DNA of 64,000 nucleotides from Camelus ferus. Lineage: Eukaryota. The translations under genes and the position numbers were made by a program. Under the pieces are notes generated by a model. It saw nothing but the letters and a program-made list of their open reading frames with translations. It ran no database searches and had not been told where the DNA came from. The DNA lies in NCBI RefSeq assembly GCF_009834535.1, contig NC_045698.1, positions 10,294,001-10,358,000 of the forward strand, read 5' to 3'. This document shows positions 37,231-47,046 of the stretch, in pieces (the first letter of the stretch is position 1; each line of letters starts with the position of its first letter).

Positions 37231-38962
37231 GTAAGGATGCTTGGCCTCACTTTCTAGTCTTAGGACCAGCCTGTTAAGTCCCCTCCCATGGCACTGACCC
37301 GGGGAGCCAAATGAGGTTCAGTAGGTTCTGAAATGGCCATGCTTACAAACCTACAGTTTATCACAGGAGGAGGAAGTGGTCTGGTAATGCAGTGAAGTGA
37401 GGTTGTGTGTGCCTGCCAGGGCAGCCTCACTGCAAGGGCCCCAGAGGCTAGGGGTGGATCCTGCTGTCCCCCTGCCAGCAGGATGCACCTCCCCCATCAA
37501 GAACAGCTTGGCTCCAGGGAGCCCAAGCTGGGGTCTTGGTGGAGGTTTTTTATGTTTTGGGAGGTCTCACAGGCACATTGCTGCTACATAACCAGCCTCG
37601 GAAAATGCAGGGCACTCGGGGTGGCTCATCAGGACTGGGTGCAAATCACCAGTTCCCTGTTACTGATAAACAGTGCTCTGCGCAGGGCTCCCCCGATTCT
37701 GGACAAAAGCAGCGTCACACATCAGAGGGTTTTGTGCCTTGACGGGGTCAGTGCTGTGCCGGGACTTCAGCAGGACACCTCGGGCCAGTTCCGGGCCCCC
37801 TCAGGTTCACTCTCATGGCGTTTAGATCAATTATCTTTAGAGTTTTTGAGGATTGGGGGAAGGGGCAGTTCATAGTTATGATGCGTGGTCTCAAAGTAAA
37901 GTGAAGGGAAAAAAGAGCAGTTGATTACAGAAAACTTGTTTCCTGCTCTGTTATACATGTATTCTCAGCCGAGATGGAGACCACAGAAATTTATTCCTTG
38001 GATTAATTTATTCTCTACTCAGTGCCAGTGAACACACATTAACACTTCTTCTTGAAGCCCAGACTCTGGGCATCTTTTGAAAATTGTCCACCGTGCCAGG
38101 TGCCTTCTAGTCCTGAAATCACCAGTGCACGTCACTGGTTTGGGTAAAGGGTAGGATTATACTGGGTACAGTGTTTTATGGGATCACTTGTACCTTTTTA
38201 GGTGAAATGCAAAAGTTTGCTTTAAAAAAAAAAAAAGGTCTGTGTCCAGAGACCTATCGCCCCGCTGCCGGCTGCCCGCCGGGTGCTCTGGTTTCCCTGA
38301 GCGGGCCTGGCCTCAGCCCCTCTCGAAGCTTCCGGTGAGGGTGCGTGAGCCAGAGGTCTCACAGGACTTGTCGGGTTATTCTGATAGATTCGCTGTGTGG
38401 CATGGACCTCTCGGGAACACAGTTGGTTCATTCTTAGCTTTTAACTATGTTTCTCTCTCTCTCTCTCTCTTTTTTTTTTAAATCAATAGTTCTTGAAAAC
38501 TTTTTACTGGAGTCCAAAGTTGAAAGTAAAAATGAAATAAAGAGCATTCACTTCAGCCACCTTTTTCTCCACTTATTCATGAGCCTCTGGCTACTATTAT
38601 AAGAAGGCTCAATAGGAATAATAAACTTGGAACATTTCAACAGCTTTTTGGGAATACTGGCTGCTAAGGGTTTTTCCTGCTATTTCTCAAAAGGCTGAAA
38701 CCCCACAACCAGATCCTTTCTGAAAAGTCTTACCGCATTTCATCCTTCATTGGGTAAATATAAACACAGTTGTTGTCAGGCATCAAAACATTTTCCTTAC
38801 TAACCTGTGTCCTGTGTTGTTCAGAGTGTCCTAATGAGTATTAACTGAAGTTGTTTCCGTGAAAGCGAGCAGAACAGAAGAACCACGGCCTTCCCAGCTC
38901 CTTCCCGGTATGTGCGTGTCACCCCAGCTGACAAGCCTTCCCCGTTGTCTCCCTCTCCTTAG

Positions 38963-39154
38963 AAGACGCACCAGAGTGCACTGCAGGTGCAGCAGAAGGC
39001 AGAAGCCATGCTGCAGGCCAACCACTATGACACGGACATGATCAGGGACTGCGCCGAGAAGGTGGCCTCCCACTGGCAGCAGCTCATGCTCAAGATGGAA
39101 GACCGGCTCAAGCTGGTGAACGCGTCCGTCGCCTTCTACAAGACCTCAGAGCAG
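38963..39154 (+). CDS. TRIO: TRIO coding exon (~exon 17)
   Basis: ccttag|AAG...CAG|gtaggg; 192 nt; KTHQSALQVQQKAEAMLQANHYDTDMIRDCAEKVASHWQQLMLKMEDRLKLVNASVAFYKTSEQ. Confidence 0.95.
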
Positions 39155-39562
39155 GTAGGGGGCCCGCCAACGGTGCCTTCTGCGCCCGGGTTCAGCGGAC
39201 AACCGGGTTGTTAACCCACTGGTCATTACTGAACCAGTCAAGCCCAGTCAAGCAGAGAGAAGCAGCCTTCTAGAATCAAGATGGTTTTTGCTTACCTTCC
39301 ACACCAAGGAATAATGGGTTGGAAAGGATCTGAGGAGACAGCCCTTTTCCTCTCATTTAAATATATGGCCTGACCCAGGGAAGAGAGAGACAGGAAGTTC
39401 AGCTTTTATTTTGTCCTTGCTCTGAAAGGCCTGGCTACCCTGAGCCCAGCCTGCGTCCTTCCGACGGCCCTGGTCCTCAGGCCGGCACTTGTTGCCTGAG
39501 GTCGGCCTGTGCCGTCAGCTGCCAGGCGGTCCCTCTGAGCCTGGAACTCTCTCCTGCCGCAG

Positions 39563-39712
39563 GTCTGCAGTGTCCTCGAGAGCCTGGAACAGGAGTACAA
39601 GAGGGAAGAGGACTGGTGTGGAGGGGCCGACAAACTGGGCCCCAACTCCGAGACGGACCACGTCACCCCCATGATCAGCAAGCACCTGGAACAAAAGGAA
39701 GCGTTCCTGAAG
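39563..39712 (+). CDS. TRIO: TRIO coding exon (~exon 18)
   Basis: ccgcag|GTC...AAG|gtacag; 150 nt; VCSVLESLEQEYKREEDWCGGADKLGPNSETDHVTPMISKHLEQKEAFLK. Confidence 0.96.
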
Positions 39713-41019
39713 GTACAGAGCTGGCTTTCCGGGTGCGGGGGCCCCACTGAGCGGTGGACGCAGGCCCCAGGGCTTCACCGAGATGGCAGAGCGTCGGGTG
39801 TCAGTCAGTGGTCCTCCCACAGCCCTGCACAACACTCCCCTTGGGTGGAAAGTGATGGGGGTGACAGCTGTATCAGTAATAAGTTAGTTGATTAAAGAAG
39901 ACCTGGAAGTCTTCCTCAGCTGTGATTTACACGGTTCTCGTTTTCACAGAGAAAGAGCTAGGTAGACATCGGAGTGCATAAAGAATGAGTGAAAGTCACA
40001 CTTCCAGATGATTCCGAACAGACACACGAGGGTGATCTGGTGAAATAAAAATGCCTAGAGCTTAACATAATCTTCCTTTGGAAATTCAGCCTCTTTAGGA
40101 ATAAAGACTATCTTGGAACACGTTTGAGCCCAGTGTAGACACAAAGCAAGGACACCTCTTGTGGTTCACAGGATCAGTACTAATACCTCCTCAGGCCCTG
40201 TTTCCTGCAAGAGACGTTTAATTCCGTTCAGGCCAGGCTGGAAGTTTTAACTCTGAGAAGCTTTAAATGAGGAACTTTTCAAGCCTGCTTTGTCATTTAT
40301 ATATGCAGTCACACATACGTCACTGAGGTGCTTCGCAGCAATTACATTTTTAAAGGCCGTCACAGTGGTTAGAAACGCTGACACTGAATAGCTTCCACAT
40401 TGTGTTCTTTCACTTGTGACAAAGATTTTCTGAGGTTCTGCTGTTGCCACTCAGACCTGTTAAACACAGGTGTGGTGTTGACTTTTCATTGTTGCTTAAT
40501 CTAGTTTAGTTTTCCTCAGTGCTCCAGCATCCCCGCCTCGCCAGCACCGTTTCCTGTTACACGTAATAATCTGTTTCATTTCTGAAGATGATGTCTGTCC
40601 TGAGAGAGTTATGGTTTAGTCTAGGAGAATCAACTGTAACTCTTTGAAAATTCTTATCTAGTAACTTATTATGAGTTTCCACCACAGAGATTTTCTTTTT
40701 AAGCAAATCAAGGCGGGGAAGCAGTTGGAGCTTGCTGGAGTCTTAGTTGTAACTATTCCAGACAGGACCTAAAAGCCCCCCTCCTTGTCGCTGCTGCTTA
40801 AGTTTATGAAACATTGACCACTGTTGGGATGTTCTGAGTTGGAATCATTAGGATTTGCCTCTTTCTCTGGACTCCATTTCGTTTAAAACAAAATTGAATA
40901 CTACTTAGTTAATGTAATTAAGAAAAATAGATAAAACTATAAAATATAGATAATCACAGACCTGTTCAGATTCCTTCCTTCAACTAGGATTATGTGTTCG
41001 GTGTATTGGATATCTTTAA

Positions 41020-42740
41020 ACTTTTTAATTATGTAAGTTTAAAAATGCATACAAAAATTGAGAGAGTGGATACTGAACCCCCATGTACTTATAGCTTTAA
41101 TTACCAACATGTGGACATATGTCCCCCTCTACTGGATTATTTTAAATTCTAGATATTATATCCTTTTATTTGTAAATACTTCTGTATGTACCTAAACATA
41201 TTCTATCTTTCTAAAACCATTCTATAACCATAATACCATTATTAGATGGGTTTTTTTGGAATACTCTTTTATTAATGATTTGGTTGAAAACATATGGCAT
41301 GTAAGCCACACTTTTGCATGATTAAAAAGTTGAACAGGACATTTAACATGTTGGTTGATTGATTACAAAAACATCTTGATGGCTGAGAATGACAGAATGA
41401 ATTTATGAATAAAATCTTAATAGGAAAAATGTAGAGTTTAGATCTTTTAAAATTTTTTTAAATTTTATCTTTTTATTGGAGTACCACCATTATTAGACCT
41501 TAAACATTAACAGTAACTCTTATATAAAATCCAGCAGTGTTCAAATTTCTCTGTCCCATAAAATGTGACTTTATATGTGGTTTTAATCAAGATTGAAACA
41601 AGACCCATGCACTGATTTGGTTTGTCTCTTAAATCTCTTTTAGTCTAAACCCTCCCCTCCCCTTTCATTACCATTTATTAATTGAAGAAATAAGTTGTTC
41701 GTACTGTGGAATTTCCTTCATTCTGCATTTGGCAGTTGCATCACGTGGAGTCATTTAGCACCATCATGGATTCTCTGAATTCCCCTTTGTTGGGTGGAGG
41801 TTCAGGTTTGAGTGAGAGGGCTGGGGGCACTTGGCGCACCTGGTGGCAGTGCTTGTACCTCCGGCGGCCTTGCATCAGGATGCGCAGGTCTGCTCTTTCT
41901 GCCCCTGTGATGTGAGGGTTTCAGCCGTGGTGAGTCCACTTCGCCCGCTGTGTCCCTCCCCAGCGGCCTTCACTGACAGGCTTAGTAGCCAGGGGTGATG
42001 CTGTTTCATTAGGAATTGCAGAATGGGGATATTCTGTTGTTCCTTCTGCCTTGATTAGCTAGAATTATTCCCTCCTCAGCTCTCTGGTGACTCTCAAAAA
42101 GAGTTTGTCCAAAAAAGGTGGGATAAATGCTTGATTCTTTCCCTTTATGATTTTCAGAATTATGAGCTTGTTGCCCTATAAACTTCTGCACATAATTTTT
42201 TTTTTAATTTTTGCTGTCCTGGATTTTAATGTATTTGATGTGTTTCAGTCAATCACAGTCATTTATCTTTTTCTATTCAACTTGTCCCACTCGTGGGAGC
42301 CCCTTCGGGTCAGGTTGGCTCAGATACCCTTTTGACATAACCCCAGTGGTCTTCACGGCTTCCTTGCTGTTTGGTGTGACAGCTTACTTCAGACTTACCA
42401 GTAGAGACTCATGATGTATTTTTCTCCTAATTAAAAAAAGAAAAAAGTATCCCAACTTCGTCTACTGAAAAGGCCTGGAAACGATGGCCAGCCCAGAGAT
42501 AATGCTCATCCCTGGTGCCCAGACTGTGGCCTCTCAGTACCATTCACCACGAGAAGGGGACAGAGCTCCCTAAGGAAGAGACTTATTCCAGGTCTGGGCT
42601 AGGAAATGTGCAAGATATTTCCAATTCTAATATAATTAAAGGATTTTTTTTCCTGAAGTATTTTCATGTTTATATCCCTCATCTCTTACATAAAACTCTT
42701 ATTTTTTGATACATTAATGAAATTCCTTATTTGGTCTATA
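41020..42740 (-). mobile_element. Old L1M (L1MC4/5-like) 3' relic, interrupted by an insertion (41247-41485) and an internal inversion (42398-42615)
   Basis: catacaaaaattgagagagtggatactgaacccccatgtac...ggataaatgcttgattctttccctttat...tttgatgtgtttcagtcaatcacagtcatt. Confidence 0.7.
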
Positions 42741-42744
42741 AACA

Positions 42745-43170
42745 TGTAGTATCAGCTTTCTGTTACCACAGAAGCACCACCTGGGAAACCACCCCACAGA
42801 TTCAGTGGCGTAAACCAAGGGTAAGCAAACCGAGGGCTAAACCTGCCCCTCCCAATCACGTATCATCTGCAGCAGGTCCAGTGGTTATAACAGAGAGATG
42901 GAGACTGCGTGACTCGGAGAGCGGGAAGTACTTCCTATCTGCTGTTTATAGAAATCCAGGCTCAGCGTGGCTGGGTCCTCTGACTCACGGTTTCTCCCAA
43001 GTCTGCGATCAGGGTGTTGGCCGGGGACGCGGTCGCCTCAAGGCTTGCCTGGGGAAGGGCTTCACTTCCTCTCTGGCTGCAGGCTAGTGGTCACCCTCAG
43101 TCCCCTGCCACCTGGACCGCTCCATGGGGCAGCTCCCAACACAGTAGCTAGCTTCATCAGAGCAAAGGCT
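42745..43170. mobile_element. MaLR LTR (MLT1E/F-like) with a nested MER58-like hAT fragment (~42815-42953)
   Basis: accaccccacagattcagtggcgtaaac ... tggctgggtcctctgactcacgg...cttcatcagagcaa; the insert begins caagggtaagcaaac and ends tatctgctgtttatagaaa. Confidence 0.55.
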
Positions 43171-43361
43171 CCAAGATAATATATATTTTTTAATTGAAAT
43201 AGGATTTAACTTCTGTATTCTCCAGGCCACAAGTTGGCCAGCTGAACGCTTGAGGTTAAGATGCATGTTGGAGCCACGTGACGTTGTCATCCACATGCAC
43301 TGTAGACACACGTCTGTGATGAGTCCCTTGAACGCGTTGCTCTGCATTCATTGTTCCTTAG

Positions 43362-43476
43362 GCTTGCACCCTTGCTAGGAGGAACGCAGACGTCTTCCTG
43401 AAGTACCTGCACAGGAACAGTGTGAACATGCCGGGGATGGTGACCCACATCAAAGCCCCGGAACAACAAGTGAAAA
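43362..43476 (+). CDS. TRIO: TRIO coding exon (~exon 19), autoinhibitory spectrin-repeat segment
   Basis: ccttag|GCT...AAAA|gtgagt; 115 nt, phase 0/1; ACTLARRNADVFLKYLHRNSVNMPGMVTHIKAPEQQVK. Confidence 0.96.
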
Positions 43477-45123
43477 GTGAGTATAACTCGGAGGCAGCTG
43501 ACTGATGGCCGTGGGAGGAGCTTGACCAGACGTGTTCTGAAATCTCGGCCCAGGGCTCCATTTTAAATGTCCATTTCATATTATTAATATTCTCATTAGT
43601 TATCTTAGGTTAATAATAAAATATTAAACAAATATATAGGTTGGTAATTTATTGAATAAAGTGGAAGAACGTAAATGGAGAAAATGCAGCATTCCGGATG
43701 TTATTTGTTGGCACCAAGTGTTCTGTTGAAAGTAAGTGAAAATATAAATCCAGGGGTAAAATGAAAATTGGAATTATCTACAGGCCAAATATTTTTAGAA
43801 GTTTAACCCACAAAAATTATATACCCATTTCATTGCTGTATGTATTAACAGTTTTGTATACTTAAAGCATTGTTAATAAAAGCAAGTTGCAAAAAAATAT
43901 TATATAGATGGGTATCATTTGAGCTTAAAAACCTTCAAAAACATACACACACTCATGTGCCTGTAAATGCATAGGAAAAGACCTGGGAACGTATATACTA
44001 AACTGTAGGTAGGATTGGTACAGGTGGAAGTTCAGAGGACTGATAATTTTTATTCTGTAGAATTCTGATTGAGTATTTGCACTGAAAATGCATCCAGGTG
44101 ATATATTGTTTTTAAAGTTAAGTTAATCATATTTTTTTTTTGAAAGTTCCATGGAAATGGAGCCTCAGAAAGTGATGGGAGTTGTTTACAACACTCTCGA
44201 AATCCAGGCAGTTTCTATCAGCTGGAATCCTCACCCTGAGCCTCAGAGCCAGTCCTAAATAGATGAGGGGACACAGGTCACCCAGCCTGCACACCTAGAG
44301 CTGAGTTTAATAGGAAAAAAATGTGCAATAACCAGTTAACAAATGATTCCTCTTAGACTTTTTTTGGAAACAATATGATTGGCAGAAACTTTCTACGTTA
44401 CTTTCTACTCCCGGTTTGTCTGATTCACCAGTTCGTCATCACAGGCTAGTTCTTGGTCACACCAGTACATCCTTTGAGTTCTGCAGATGAGATACATAGC
44501 TGTTAATCAGCGAGCTTCTCTCTCAGGACAGTGAGGGACTAACCAGAGCAGCTGTTTTCCAGCAGGAGCAAGGCTTCGTGGATGACAGGCTATTCAAGCT
44601 GGTGATCAGTGCACTTGGCTCATTTCATATAAAAATCATTTCCTTTCTCCTGTTTCTCAGTGTTGCTTTTGGTTGTTGGTTGTACTCTGTTTCCTCTGAT
44701 CAGAGATGTTACGATCCTTTCTGGGTTGTACTAGTTTGCTGGGTGTGTGTGTGTGCGAAGGAAAGCATGTTCCACATGCTCACTCACTACATGGTCATTA
44801 TGCTTTGCTGCTGTTTATCACAGTGGTGGAGGCTATGAAGATTTTTTTTATATGTCCTGTTTCTCTTACTGTCTGCTTGGGGGTGTAAGGTTTATGTGTC
44901 GGATAGTGCAGTAAGTCCTTGTCAAGGTGATGATGCCAGAAGAGACACTGTGACCCCAGAGGCATCGGGAGCTTGAGGAAGCCCAGGTTGTCTCCAGCCC
45001 CCATCCCAAAATGGCAGTTGTCACACTGCCTGGCTGCTCACCTGCCAGGGATCAGTCCTACCCCAGACAGAGGCTGTGAAAATAAGACACTAAAAAAAAC
45101 TTACACTGATTTTTGTTTGTGAT

Positions 45124-45618
45124 TTTTTTTTTTAAATTAAAGTACTGTCAATCACAATGTGTCAATTTCTGGCGTACAGCACAATGTCCCAGTCTTGCAT
45201 ATACATACATATATTTGTTTTCATATTTTTTTCTATTAAAGGTTATTACAAGATACTGAGCATAGTTCCCTGTGCTATACAAAAGAAACTTTTTAAAATC
45301 TATTTTTATATATAGTGGCTAACATTTGTAAATATCAAACTCCCAAATTTATCCCTTCCCACCCCCTTTCCCCCGTAGCCATAAGATTATTTACTATGTC
45401 TGCAAGTCTGTTTCAGTTTTGTAGATGAGGTCATAGAGTCTTTTTTTTTTTTTTTAAGTGATATCGTATGGTATTTTTTCTCTTTCTGGCTTACTTCACA
45501 TAGAATGACAATCTCTAGGTCCATCCATGTTGCTGCAAATGGCATTATTTATTATTTTTTATGGCTGAGTAGTATTCCATGGTAGAAATATACCACAACT
45601 TCTTTATTCAGTCATCTG
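45124..45618 (-). mobile_element. Young lineage-type L1 3' end
   Basis: Poly-T then acaatgtgtcaatttctggcgtacagcacaatgtcccagtc...ccatccatgttgctgcaaatggcatt...atggctgagtagtattccat. Confidence 0.85.
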
Positions 45619-46084
45619 TGTGATGTTTTCATTTAAGTATTAGCTTAATTTTTTGATGGGCTTCAAATTTCAGTCTAAATTTGTTTCATGAAACGAATCC
45701 ACTTTTTCAGGAAGCAGAGGTAAGGCAGCAGGACCGCTGAGCTGGCAGGAAACTCTGCACATAGATGGCTGTTCTCACAAAGCCCTCAGCCTCTGAGGAA
45801 CTTATCAGATGTTTGTGGAAAACTGAGTATTTTTAAAGTTTTCCAATAAAGTTAAATTCTAGGTACCATTTATTTAATTTGCAAAATTCAGTCTGGGGAA
45901 ACTTTTTACAAAGTTGGTTTTTTTTTTGTAATATGTTTACTTTATAAACTTCTGGAGTGAAACAGACTCACTGTAAAGAATTTTTAAGATGGAAGATGTG
46001 TGTAAATTACCTAATTATATCTTCCACTCACCCATTTGGTTTTGGATTTTTTGGGTGTTTTGTTTTGTTTTGTTTTTACCAAGA

Positions 46085-46410
46085 TACAACCATATTCCCC
46101 TGTAATTTGCTTCTTTCACTTAGTAACAATCTTAGTCATCTTTCTATAGCCAAATTTAGAGATCTGCTCTGTTACTTTTAATGTCTAGTGTAGTGACTTT
46201 GTAATTGATTAACCTGACCCCTAATCCATGGGCCGGTACCTGCCAGCTTTTCCACACAGCACCTCAGCGTTTGTGTGCCTGTGTACAGACCATGTTGAGA
46301 GTTTGTGCAAGCACCATACCCCTGAAAGGTGAATTCCTGGTCCAAGGGTACGCACACTTCAGTGTCATTACCTGTTGCCAGATTACCCTCTGCAGAGGCT
46401 GTGCTCCATT
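46085..46410 (-). mobile_element. Old L1ME-like fragment
   Basis: tgtaatttgcttctttcacttag...gaattcctggtccaagggta...ttgccagattaccctctgcagaggctgt. Confidence 0.55.
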
Positions 46411-46647
46411 TGGTTTTTTTTTTTTTTAATTTGCCTTTCTAGCTTCATGCTACTCAACTTCGTGTTCTTCCCTCTCCTAAGGGTTTATGTTTTTGGTTTT
46501 GTTTTTAAAACCCTTTGTTTTCTTCTAGGACTCCACCATTTTGACTGACATCTTTTAAAGCATACTAAATTCCTTCTCCAGGGAAGTTCTAATAGTCTTG
46601 CACAAAATATCTAACAGTGGTGTTTTACCAGCCATTGTCAGATCCCT

Positions 46648-46661
46648 CCAGCAGGGGGCGC
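46648..46661 (+). promoter_or_regulatory. CTCF core motif
   Basis: CCAGCAGGGGGCGC, an exact fit to the consensus CCASYAGRKGGCRS. Confidence 0.6.
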
Positions 46662-46930
46662 AGTAGCATATCCCACTGACCCAACTGACCATTAGAGGCC
46701 AGCCTTAAGCATCTCGATCGTAAGATAGAAACCGGGGTCGGGGACTAAGGAGAGGTCTGGTTGACATGCGTGTTGAGAACACTGGGCAGGTGAGCCGTGC
46801 GGCTCAGTGTTTGATACTGTCTTGCAACGGCATTTGCACTGAAAAGTCTTTCAGTAAAAATGAGTGTGATTTTACAGGTGTTTTTATTGACTGCAAGTAC
46901 CAACATGTGGCTTTCTCTTTTCTCTGTCAG

Positions 46931-47046
46931 ATATCTTGAATGAGCTCTTCCAGCGGGAGAACAGGGTATTGCACTACTGGACCATGAGAAAGAGGCGGCT
47001 TGACCAGTGCCAGCAGTACGTGGTCTTCGAACGGAGCGCCAAGCAG
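46931..47046 (+). CDS. TRIO: TRIO coding exon (~exon 20)
   Basis: tgtcag|AT...CAG|gtcagc; 116 nt, phase 1/0; (N)ILNELFQRENRVLHYWTMRKRRLDQCQQYVVFERSAKQ. Confidence 0.96.
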
